DNA of 63,420 nt, the filler included, from Craspedostauros australis (lineage: Eukaryota), in assembly GCA_030167865.1 (NCBI GenBank). It is 17 parts of 17 records of this genome, joined end to end, with 100 filler letters (N's around TTAATTAATTAA, not from the genome) between each part and the next. Parts side by side here need not be neighbours in the genome. Positions count along the whole stretch, not along the records: positions 51,199 to 60,883 come from JALAGF010002566.1; 16 more parts are not named here. One strand, given 5' to 3'. The notes below the pieces were generated by a model. That model saw only the letters and a list, made by a program, of their open reading frames with translations. It was not told where the DNA came from and did no database searches. The position numbers and the translations under genes were made by a program. This document shows, piece after piece, positions 51,284 to 60,983 of the stretch. The first letter of the stretch is position 1. Each line of letters opens with the position of its first letter.

Positions 51284-52010
51284 TAGAAGAGTGAAAGTAC
51301 TCTCGACTGGAACAAGGATTGGCACCGTCAACGAACATTCCGCGTTGCCGCGATTGCACTCGTGTGATGTTGGAACCAAGCCGGCGTGGCTGTGTTCTTC
51401 TTCAAGGGTAGAAAGTGCGAGGGGGAGAACTCTTCAATGCACCATCATGGCAAGGTTAGGGAGAGAGGCGCAAGAGCTGCTTCGCCCTGTAGAATGCTGT
51501 GGGAAGCGGAACCACGTTGACATCGACAATGACCCACCGGAGAAAAGCCAACTCGAACACCCACGTCCCCCGTTCTGCGCTCGTGCTCGTGAGCGGTATT
51601 CGCTTGATGGCGGCAAACTGAGGTTCCTTTGTGCCACTCACAATTTCGTAAAGCGTAAAGAACCTCTCCTTCCCTGTTTTCGGGACCAACACGCGACAAA
51701 CAACGACGCAGTTTCGCCATGACGTGCTAAGATGCAACAAGAAACATCGGGTCAAGCCAAACAATCACACCAGCCACAACACTTCGGGCGCAAATGGCAG
51801 AACAGCCAAGAAGACTGCAAGGAAGCCACTGGGATAGAGTAGATCGTAGCCACCAGACACGAACAAACCATTTCCTTCGTTGTGATAAACTCCAAACAGT
51901 CCTAACATACCCGTGCTCAAGTCCATGGATCATCAACAGAGCAGCCTCGATCCATCGTCAACATAAAGTGTAGACGGCAGCAGCAGTTATCGTTGCACAA
52001 CATCCCCCCT

Positions 52011-52200
52011 TCACTCCACTCCACTCCACTCTGCTCCACTTCACTTCACTCTGCTCCACTTCACTTCACTCTGCTCCACTTCACTTCACTCTGCAAGCGA
52101 TTCGATCGAAGCAACGGCTCCTCCGCAAATCACAAACCGCAAATCATAAATCACAACTTACAGATCACAAACCACAAATCACAAATCACAAACCAAAAAC
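52011..52200 (+). repeat. Pentamer (CACTY/TGCTC, 20-bp super-unit) and heptamer (AATCACA) microsatellites upstream of the ATPase start
   Basis: Read directly from the sequence. Confidence 0.8.
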
Positions 52201-52217
52201 CGCAGCAGTCCATCATC

Positions 52218-55200
52218 ATGGAGATACATCGACCATCCAACATGAACGTGACAGCCCCCAGCGTCGCCAACATGAACGATGCCACCAAGCCCATCAGACC
52301 AGGAACCATCAGCAATGGCAATGCCGACAGCAGTCGCAACAACAAGCAATCCAATGGAGACAACACCAAGTCAATCGACTTCTCCAATCTTCACTTCATC
52401 GGTCGCCAGGATGAGCGCAGGCAGCTCACAGAAGCGTACGCTAATGTCGTGCGTCGAAGCGCTTCGGAGGACGCACCGAACAAGCACGGTGCGATGCCAG
52501 CGGTCATGGTTTGGGGCCAGAGCGGCACGGGAAAGTCCTGCCTCATCAAGCAGTTCGTTGATGATGTGTCCTCACCACTTGCCTCGCCTCGAACTGCAAC
52601 GGCCAACATGGCCGCAGCGGCTTCCTCCACTCAACCGCAACCGCAACTGCAAGCGCTGCAAACACCGAGATCGTCGGGACCGTGCTACTTCATCCAAGGC
52701 AAGCATGATGAACACACTGGCGCGAGCGATCCATTCTCGGCGATCACGCAAGCGCTCAAAGGTCTTTCCGACCTCCTGCGATCAGAACCCGAGAAGGAGG
52801 TGTCACGGGTGCGACACTGCGTGAAGGAAGCGCTGGGTGACGAGGCCACGGCGGTCGTGTCGATGGTGCCTGCACTGTCCATCCTCTTCCAGGATTCCTC
52901 CGGCGAGTCCCATTTGGGACAGAGCACCGCGGGCTTGTCCTCCTCATCCGCCGAATCGAGCTCAGCATCCGAGGAAGTCCAGGCCGTGGCCGCTGCGCTC
53001 GAGCGCAACAACGTCACCAACGTCTCCTGGAAACGTCTGCAGTACACCTTCGTCACCTTCATCCGAGCGCTGGCCACGTCGGAACGGCCGCTCGTCCTCT
53101 TCCTCGACGACCTGCAGTGGGCCTCGCGGGTCACCACCGAGCTGCTGTCCACCCTGCTGGCGGATCCGGGCCTCAAGTACTTCTTCTTCATCGGCGCAAT
53201 CCGTCAGGACGCCAACCCTCATGGAGAGGATGCCGATGCCGTCCTGCCATTGCCTCATGATGCGCCCGTGTCCGTCATGCTCGATGGCCTGCGTGATAAG
53301 CACCGCCGCCTCATGCTCGACGTCCATCTCTCCAACCTCAATCCATCCCAATTGACGGCTTGGATTTCGACCATCCTGCAAGAAAAGGACGGGGACGCCG
53401 AAGCTCAACAGAGCATCGCCAAACTTTCGCGACGGTTGCATTCCAGAACCCACGGCAACGTCTACTTCACCATCCAGGCGTTGGAACAAATGTACCGCGC
53501 CAAGATGATCTTTTACGATCACAAGAGGTCTCACTGGAATTGGAAATGGCCGCAATCCGCCCACGCGGCGCGACACCAGAGCAGCGACGCTTCCCACGGA
53601 TACACCGTCAGCACCGCAGCCAACACCAGCACGCACGACGACGACTTCGATGGTGGCGCCACCTTTGAGCTGAGCAACAACATCATCGACATCATCGCCA
53701 ACAAGTTGCGTCTCTTGCCACCTCGGATTCGCACAGCCTTGACGCTCGCGTCCTACATCCGCAGCAACTTCGATCTGGACGTGCTGCAAGCCGTCATGGA
53801 TTCCGAGTTGCGGCATGGGGACTATGCCAAGATGAACGATCTCGTCTTCCACGACGACACTTCGGAGAACTCCCGCCCTACACCCTCCGCCAACAGCGTC
53901 GACCAGGACGGGGAAGCCGCGAAGTCAGCATCCGTCCACAATTCTAGCCTGGAATCGCTTCTCGAGAAGGCCGTCCTGGAGGGACTGCTCAACAATACGA
54001 TCGGAGGGACGACGTACCGGTTCGCTCACGATCGCATCAAGGAGGCGGCACAAAGCCTCATTCCCCTCTCCATCGATCGCGCAACCAAGAAGCATGGTAG
54101 CACCCGCACTCGCAGCGCGAAGAACTTCGCCACTCCCACTGTCAAAGCGAGGCACTCAGAGCCTACCGGAACGCGCCTCAACAACAGACAGAGGCTCAAG
54201 TACCGCATCGGAAGATGCCTCTGGAAGTACTGCCAAGAGAAGGAAAACACCGACGATCTCGATGACCATGGTCTGATGTTCGTGGCTGCCGACCACCTCA
54301 ACAGCGTCCCTTCCAAGACCTTCGCCTTCATGGCATCCGTTAATCTGGAGGTTGGCAAGAAGGCACTGAGCTTGGCGGCCGTCATGTCAGCGTCCAATTA
54401 CCTTGACCAGGCTGATGCTGCTCTGCGCTCGCACCAGCGCAAGTCGTCCACATCGGGTGGGATGTGGAAGGAGAACTACGAGCTGGCACTGGAATTGTAC
54501 CGTTACCGAATCGATGCAAAGCTCGCACTGGGTAACTATGAGGTCGGGTACAAGCTGAGCGAAGTGCTGATGGAGAATGCCCGCAACGTCGAGGACAAGC
54601 TGCACACCTTCTCTTCCATGGCATCAGCGATGGGCGCGCAGCACCGTGATGCTGACAGCCTCAAGCTCAGCATGCAGGGCGCGCAGCAGCTGGGCATCTA
54701 TCCCAAAAAATGGTTCCTCCTGCATGCCATCAGCGGCATGATCAGCCTCAGGCGTTTCTTCCGCACCCATACCGACGAGGATGTGCTCGAACTCCCCGCC
54801 AGCACAGACTCCAAGGTGCTGGGAGGCATGCGTTCCATCACGCACATCGTCATCCGGTCGTTCTTGCAGAAGGACATCCTGACTATGATCGTGGCCGTCT
54901 GCAAGTTGATGCAGCTCTCGATCCGACACGGCGTCGCCGATGCCACGGCATTCGCCATTGCCAGCTACGGCGTCATCTGCGCGTTTCAGCACGAACAGCA
55001 GGCGGCGATGAGATGCGTGGGGCTGTCCCGCAGATTGCTGAGCCGGTTCAACGACAAGCGTCTGTACGGATGGACCAACTTTTACAACGTCTTCTTCGTT
55101 GAGATTTGGTGCTGCCCCGTCGAGCACAGCCTTTCGCGACTGAAGGAGGCGTACACTACGTCCTTGGAGGTCGGCGAATTCGAAGTCGCCACCCTTTGCT

Positions 55201-56339
55201 GGTTTGCTTCGCTCACGACGACATACTTCGACAGCAAGTTGCTGCAGCCGTTGATGAAGATAGGTGAAGATCTCCTCAACCACAAAGTCATGTTCAACGT
55301 GGATACGTTGGGGTCCTTCCCCGGCGAATTCGTCGTGACCATCAAGCGAATGGCCGGCGTTCTCCCGTTGGATTGGAAGGAAGCCCAGGAATTCTCGGAA
55401 ACCGACATCGCCAAGGCCGATCGCTACAACCTTATCGGCGGAGCATGGTCCAGGCTGAACCTCGCCGTCTACTTCCTGAAGCACGAGCTGACGGAGAAGC
55501 TTTGGACGATCCTGATCAAGGTCGGAGTCGACGATGCGTACACCATGCTGACGCCGATGATCTTCGCGGGTGGCATCATGGCAGCTGGGCGGTACCGACA
55601 AACGAAGAAGAAGAAGTACCGGAAGATGCTGAAGGAATGCAGGAGCAAGCTCAAGACGATGGCCTTCCAAAGCGGCCCCAACTGCTTGCACCGCAGCCTC
55701 ATCCTGCAGGCCGAAGAGACGTCGTTCAAATCCAAGAAACGAAGTCAGACCGCCATCATGAACCAGTACGACACCGCCATCGCCGTGTCCAAGAAGGGTG
55801 ATCACATGCAGGAATCGGCGCTGTGCTGCGAGTTGGCAGGCGACTACCTGCTCTCGACGAAGAAGGCTGCCAACAGGGCCCTGAGCATGAGCTACTTCAC
55901 CCACGCATACGAACTGTACAACGACTGGGGTGGCATGGCGAAGGTGAAGGACCTGGAAGCTCGGCGCGGAGGCTGCATCAAGAAGACAGTCATCGCCGAG
56001 AAACGGAAGGAGCATGCGGATCGCCTTCACAAGGCAAACAACATGGTCGAAGGAAATGATACCGAAAACATCGTTAGCTTGCCGCTCACGTCGGGCGGTT
56101 CCCTGTCGCTGGACGGTCCATCGACGTTTGGAGGAGCCGGTCTAGGACAAGGGGTGATCTCGTTGGCGATGGAGACCCGCGAAACCCACAGCAAGATGGA
56201 GAGTGCGTCGAAGACGACGTCTGGGTCAGGAACCAATCTGGGTAGCAGCGTCGAAAGCAAGGGTATGATGAGCGGTGGCGGGCACAACGAGACCGATGAT
56301 GATGTCTCCATTCTCACGACTGACTCACAAGAGGAGTGA
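52218..56339 (+). CDS. Intronless 1373-aa STAND ATPase (COG3899-like) with helical/TPR-like C-terminal region
   Basis: FIGRQDE, Walker A GQSGTGKS, Walker B LVLFLDDLQWAS, THGNVYF, YRFAHDRIKEAA (MHD-like) and YNDWGGMAKVKDL end motif. Confidence 0.9.
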   Translation: MEIHRPSNMNVTAPSVANMNDATKPIRPGTISNGNADSSRNNKQSNGDNTKSIDFSNLHFIGRQDERRQLTEAYANVVRRSASEDAPNKHGAMPAVMVWGQSGTGKSCLIKQFVDDVSSPLASPRTATANMAAAASSTQPQPQLQALQTPRSSGPCYFIQGKHDEHTGASDPFSAITQALKGLSDLLRSEPEKEVSRVRHCVKEALGDEATAVVSMVPALSILFQDSSGESHLGQSTAGLSSSSAESSSASEEVQAVAAALERNNVTNVSWKRLQYTFVTFIRALATSERPLVLFLDDLQWASRVTTELLSTLLADPGLKYFFFIGAIRQDANPHGEDADAVLPLPHDAPVSVMLDGLRDKHRRLMLDVHLSNLNPSQLTAWISTILQEKDGDAEAQQSIAKLSRRLHSRTHGNVYFTIQALEQMYRAKMIFYDHKRSHWNWKWPQSAHAARHQSSDASHGYTVSTAANTSTHDDDFDGGATFELSNNIIDIIANKLRLLPPRIRTALTLASYIRSNFDLDVLQAVMDSELRHGDYAKMNDLVFHDDTSENSRPTPSANSVDQDGEAAKSASVHNSSLESLLEKAVLEGLLNNTIGGTTYRFAHDRIKEAAQSLIPLSIDRATKKHGSTRTRSAKNFATPTVKARHSEPTGTRLNNRQRLKYRIGRCLWKYCQEKENTDDLDDHGLMFVAADHLNSVPSKTFAFMASVNLEVGKKALSLAAVMSASNYLDQADAALRSHQRKSSTSGGMWKENYELALELYRYRIDAKLALGNYEVGYKLSEVLMENARNVEDKLHTFSSMASAMGAQHRDADSLKLSMQGAQQLGIYPKKWFLLHAISGMISLRRFFRTHTDEDVLELPASTDSKVLGGMRSITHIVIRSFLQKDILTMIVAVCKLMQLSIRHGVADATAFAIASYGVICAFQHEQQAAMRCVGLSRRLLSRFNDKRLYGWTNFYNVFFVEIWCCPVEHSLSRLKEAYTTSLEVGEFEVATLCWFASLTTTYFDSKLLQPLMKIGEDLLNHKVMFNVDTLGSFPGEFVVTIKRMAGVLPLDWKEAQEFSETDIAKADRYNLIGGAWSRLNLAVYFLKHELTEKLWTILIKVGVDDAYTMLTPMIFAGGIMAAGRYRQTKKKKYRKMLKECRSKLKTMAFQSGPNCLHRSLILQAEETSFKSKKRSQTAIMNQYDTAIAVSKKGDHMQESALCCELAGDYLLSTKKAANRALSMSYFTHAYELYNDWGGMAKVKDLEARRGGCIKKTVIAEKRKEHADRLHKANNMVEGNDTENIVSLPLTSGGSLSLDGPSTFGGAGLGQGVISLAMETRETHSKMESASKTTSGSGTNLGSSVESKGMMSGGGHNETDDDVSILTTDSQEE

Positions 56340-56822
56340 GGTGAAGATCCGACCAGCTCTTGGCCTTGCTGATCGTCGCGTCATGTAAACAGCACAGTAC
56401 AGTACAGCACAACACAGCACTATGTACACACGTAGAGACGTATCTACGATACGAACCATGCAAGTACCAAGACAAGCATAACATCCATAATAGAATATAC
56501 AACAGCCTTTGCAAGTACAAGGATTACCGGGATTGTGGACGCATCCGCAGCCACACAGTCCTCTGTAGCGAAAGGGATTACGAGGCATTCAAATGCATCG
56601 CCAAGTGCTCTACGCTAGTCTTGTCGATGTGTCCACGCCACGCTCTGTTCGAAAGCACTCCGCCGCTCTTCCGTCCTCTGTGAGATCTCCAATTTAGGAT
56701 GCGGCTGTCTCCCTTTTCGAGAAATGTACGTAGGTATGTCCACCTGGCAACGAACAATTCATGAATCAATGCATGCCCAATCTGAGGATGAATGCGGCAC
56801 TCCGCTGTCGCTCTGTTGCTGT

Positions 56823-57617
56823 TTACTGCTCTTCTTCCACGCGCTTCCACAATGCCAGACCGCCGCCTCCGCCTCTCGCCGTCGCGATTTGATCATCAGC
56901 GCTGATCCAATTGAAGAAGGCGCGCTTGCCCTTCCTGTTCAACTCTACATTGTTCTCGCTGCCCAAGCCCGACTTGGCGCCCAGATTGGCAGCCTCCCCG
57001 GCCTTGAGCTGGACGTCGAAGGTGTTGAGGATCTGAATCTTATCAAAGTCGAACGTCACCTTCGTCATGCCATTCTTGGAGGCCGTCCAATCGAAGTCGC
57101 CGCTGAACTTGAGGAGCGGGAAGTCGCCGACGTAGATTCCATTTTGAATCTTGGCATCGCCAAAGGTTTGCACGGCCTTGATGGGGAAGTAGTTGATGCG
57201 ACCAGAACGCTTTTGGGTGTTGATGGTGCCCGTGGTGAAGACGAGGCGCCACGAGTTCGGCGCGTCACTGTCGCTGCTGGACAAGGCCTGCAGCGTGCGG
57301 TCGGCTTGCTGGGAATCGTCGCGATTCTTTTGCCTCATGAGCTTCTCCAGATCCAGCAGGGCTTGCACGACCGTGTCGCTGTTTTCCGCCTTGGTTTCGG
57401 CGGCGCGGCAGAGGATGGATTTGGCCTCGTTGATGGATTCGTCGATCGCTTCCGTGGAAGTCTTGGAAAGGAACAGTCGCGTCGTTCTGGCTGTCGCTGC
57501 GCCGGTGGTCGCCGTGGATTGCACCGTGAACGACGCAGCCGGAACCGCCGCCAGCAACAATGCCAGGGCGAGGCTCAGTGCGCACATCTTGCGTGCGTTG
57601 CGGCACTTGGAAATCAT
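56823..57617 (-). CDS. Plastid-targeted PAP/fibrillin-like protein (264 aa; alternative start at 57587)
   Basis: Signal peptide ending AAS-F, WRLVFTT lipocalin-like motif and a C-terminal IATARGGGGGLALW resembling the fibrillin R-G..G motif. Confidence 0.75.
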   Translation of the reverse strand: MISKCRNARKMCALSLALALLLAAVPAASFTVQSTATTGAATARTTRLFLSKTSTEAIDESINEAKSILCRAAETKAENSDTVVQALLDLEKLMRQKNRDDSQQADRTLQALSSSDSDAPNSWRLVFTTGTINTQKRSGRINYFPIKAVQTFGDAKIQNGIYVGDFPLLKFSGDFDWTASKNGMTKVTFDFDKIQILNTFDVQLKAGEAANLGAKSGLGSENNVELNRKGKRAFFNWISADDQIATARGGGGGLALWKRVEEEQ

Positions 57618-58648
57618 CTTTGGCGTCACGAGAGGAGACGAGTTGCTTTGATTTGGGTTGCTGTCGGTATGGGTATGGGTGTGGGTATGGTACGATGGAT
57701 GATGAAGATGGAGAGGTGTTGTCCACGCTGTCCACAATGATCGTGCGTGATGATTGTGCTTGTTGCCAACGAAGGTGTTTGGGTTTGTGCAGCGGCGGAG
57801 CGTGTCATGGCGCGAACACGTTCTGGCTCAAAAGATACGGATTTGACCGTGACGTCATCATCGCCGCAACCAACAACCAGCCCTCTTTTCTCCATCCTGG
57901 TTGCGGCTCACGCACCAATCATCAAACACGACATGGTGTCCACTGCCGTGAGACCAAGGACGCGATGGTACTCCATTCCGACATGGGCGGTCAAGAAGCC
58001 GATCAAGGGGCTACACTGCTCGAACGTCGCATTCGAGAGTGCAATTGGAAGCTACGATTGCTTCCTCTCTGCGACCATTGGGTGATGCATCAGCAGAAGA
58101 GAAGTCGTGCGCGGGTTTAGGACCAGCAACCATCACAGCAATCAGAATACCCCACTGCGAGTATGAACAAGGCAATGTCCAAGGGCAAGCTTGTGTGTCC
58201 GTTCCCACCCATCCCATTTTCGGCCGACGATTCGGATACACACCGGCAAACGAGAATGCAGAGGAATTGAAAGCCAAGAACACGCAACTGCAGATGTGTG
58301 ACATCTGCTGCGGTCCCACAACAAGAATTCACTTCAGGCCGCGGCATTGGTGTCGAACGAATGCCAAGCACGACCTATGCGTCTTCCGTGCTATTGCTCC
58401 AGGTTCACTCAATGCCACAGTTAGGTTGGTGTCAGCGAGCTCCATGATGACACAGACGAGACACGCGAAAGGCACGCAAGTAGAAATGTCATGAATTCTG
58501 GGGGTGCCTACTCATTACTCGGAAGTGCTGATGGAATTGACCATGCTGCGGGCTTTTCCATCTCGGGGTGATGCAATACAGGACGCGCGTGTTTCATCGA
58601 GCGCGGTTGTATCGCTCACTGCTTGTTTTGTGTTGGGCGTGCAACTAC

Positions 58649-59578
58649 CTACGCATCGCGCGGCAACAAATACAGCATGTGCCTGCGATGCGTCTCCGCA
58701 CGCAGTGATGCAATGGACTCATGTTCTGCCAATGTCGCATCGCGGAAGAGGCCGGAGATGAAGGTGCTGGTGATGGTCTGGTTGCGAGTAACGGCCTCGA
58801 CGAGCCGCATCCAAAATCGATCATCCACGGAGTCCCGCTTGTCCGCGACGTCAAGCTCCACCAGCTTGGCGGATGCCTCGACCGCCTTGCCCAATGCCTG
58901 CCCATCGATAGTGGTTTGGAACAGTTTGAGCACTTCGACCTTGGAAGCTTGATCGTCCAGGTGTTTGCAGAGCGCAGCGCCGCAGTCTGAGAAAGTGCAA
59001 TTCATGAGCTGCAGCGTGATAGTGTGGTTCACCAACCATTTGCATCCCGCCCGGCTGATGTTCTCCATGGCATCTATGTTGATGTAGTCGAGCTCCTCGA
59101 TGTCGCTGGACATCAGCATTTCCAACAACCACGGAGCGTACACATCGTTGATGACCTTCACGCGAGAGTTGTCATTCTTGAAGCCCTGGATGAGGATGCG
59201 CATGGCGCGCTTGATCTCCTTGAGCAGAGTTTCGTTGCACAGGTCAGTCTCCTTCACTTTCACTCTTACGTTGTGAAAGGTAGTGAGATGGAACAGACCT
59301 GGCGTGGCTGCCTTGTGGCTGGTGTGGCAGAAGACGAATGGGCCCATCTCGAAGAACGGTTGCTTAAGCACGATGCGGCGTTTGACTTCTTTCTCCACGT
59401 CAAGAGTGGTGCGGTCCATCATTTTCTCGATGGCGACGACCTTGGTGATTCTCGTCATGTCTCGGCCAGAATCTGCAGTGAGAAAAAGATAAACCGCGGC
59501 TGCCACGCCAAGGGTGGATGCCACGATTTCACCGAAGAGCACGATACCGGGGTGTCTGCAGATGTTGAAGGCTGCCAT
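58649..59578 (-). CDS. 309-aa protein with N-terminal membrane anchor and degenerate RNI-like leucine-rich repeats
   Basis: Hydrophobic IVASTLGVAAAVYLFL, then IEELDY, ITLQLMNC, VEVLKL, LVELDV and NQTITS repeats. Confidence 0.6.
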   Translation of the reverse strand: MAAFNICRHPGIVLFGEIVASTLGVAAAVYLFLTADSGRDMTRITKVVAIEKMMDRTTLDVEKEVKRRIVLKQPFFEMGPFVFCHTSHKAATPGLFHLTTFHNVRVKVKETDLCNETLLKEIKRAMRILIQGFKNDNSRVKVINDVYAPWLLEMLMSSDIEELDYINIDAMENISRAGCKWLVNHTITLQLMNCTFSDCGAALCKHLDDQASKVEVLKLFQTTIDGQALGKAVEASAKLVELDVADKRDSVDDRFWMRLVEAVTRNQTITSTFISGLFRDATLAEHESIASLRAETHRRHMLYLLPRDA

Positions 59579-59873
59579 GGCCGTAGAGACGTTTTAGTTT
59601 GATTGCTCTCTGATTGGTATTGGGAGATGTTGGCTCAATGCATATCAACTGAGAAGAAGGATGTTGTGTGCAGAACGACGTCAGAGAGTCTGGATGCGTG
59701 TTCGAGATTGATCGCACCCTGTCATTGCATTTGCATTCGTCGCGGACCGGAACACGTGGGCACCTCCAACAATGACAACATCGGATTGGCACTCAATGCG
59801 ATCATGACATTGGTCGCACAGCTGTGAACATTGTGAGGTCATGACGACTTTGTGGTGCTGCAAGTGTCAGACA

Positions 59874-60146
59874 TGTTGGAGGAAACCCTTCGTCGCACGT
59901 TGCAAACGGACTACAGGCCAACCACTGTTGGTGCATCAGGCCAAATTGTGAGAGGCGAAGGCACGAAACCGCCAATGACCCGTGACGTCACCAAACGGTG
60001 CGAAACAACAGCAGGCAGCCACCACCAGCACCACGCAAGCAAACCAAGGGAAAACAACAGAGACAGCAACAGCAACAGCAAAACAGACATAAAACCAATT
60101 CAAAGTATCTGATTATACACACCCACACCAATCTCACTGTACNACA
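59874..60146 (+). repeat. Candidate 5' LTR (TGTTG...CNACA)
   Basis: Canonical-looking termini 92 nt upstream of a gag ATG; no second copy in the window to confirm. Confidence 0.45.
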
Positions 60147-60238
60147 TCTGGATTGACCTTCGGTTGATAGCCGGGTAGCATCCGGTGTTGAGCAGTTGCC
60201 TCAACATACTTTGAATTGGTTTGCGCTTCGTCGTCACG

Positions 60239-60883
60239 ATGAGCACAGACACAAAGGTCAAGCCGACGAAGCCGAAGGGCGAAGGAGGCAAGACAAACAA
60301 CAACAACAACAACAAAAATCGATCGCCGTTCGTCAAGGCGGTCAAGTTCGAAGGAGCATGCACCGACCTAAAGGGCATGGTGTTTGACTGTGTGACATCA
60401 CGCACCAAACAAGCCGAGGACTTCAAACAGACGCTGGAGGCCGTCAAGGTCTACGCCGGCACCACCTACGGTCCACGAGTCGCACACGCCGTCGAGTCGC
60501 TCACCACACCAGTCATCGACGAGCCAGAGGACTACCCTGATGACGCCACCCCCATCATGAAGAAGAAATGGGAGAAGAAGTACAGCAAGTATGAAGACAG
60601 GGTGGAACGGATGAACGAGGACATGCAAAAGCTGTACTCTGTCGTATGGGGCCAATGCTCGGACTCCATGCGGGCCTGAATACAGGAGACCAACGGGTAC
60701 GAGGAGATCAAGGAAGAAATGGATGTGATCGAGCTGATCAAGCTGATCAAGAACATCACTTTCAACTACAACACGCACAAACACCCCATCGTCGCCTCCC
60801 ACGAAATGCAGAAAGCATACTTCACCATCAAGCAAGGAAAGCGACAGAGCGTGCAGGATTACCATGAGGCGTTCACCGCCATC
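60239..60883 (+). pseudogene. gag: Copia (CoDi-type) gag with an in-frame TGA at 60677, truncated by the contig end
   Basis: KFEGACTDLKGMVFDC..LYSVVWGQCSDSMRA*IQET..DVIELIKLIKNI..KQG.RQSVQDYHE.F continues in frame past the stop. Confidence 0.85.
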
Positions 60884-60983
60884 NNNNNNNNNNNNNNNNN
60901 NNNNNNNNNNNNNNNNNNNNNNNNNNNTTAATTAATTAANNNNNNNNNNNNNNNNNNNNNNNNNNNNNNNNNNNNNNNNNNNN

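Noticed and set aside
54624..57740. Long antisense ORFs (54624-56030 minus, 56724-57740 plus; similarly 703-1428 plus)
   Set aside because: They are shadows of GC3-rich real genes on the opposite strand and carry no motifs.
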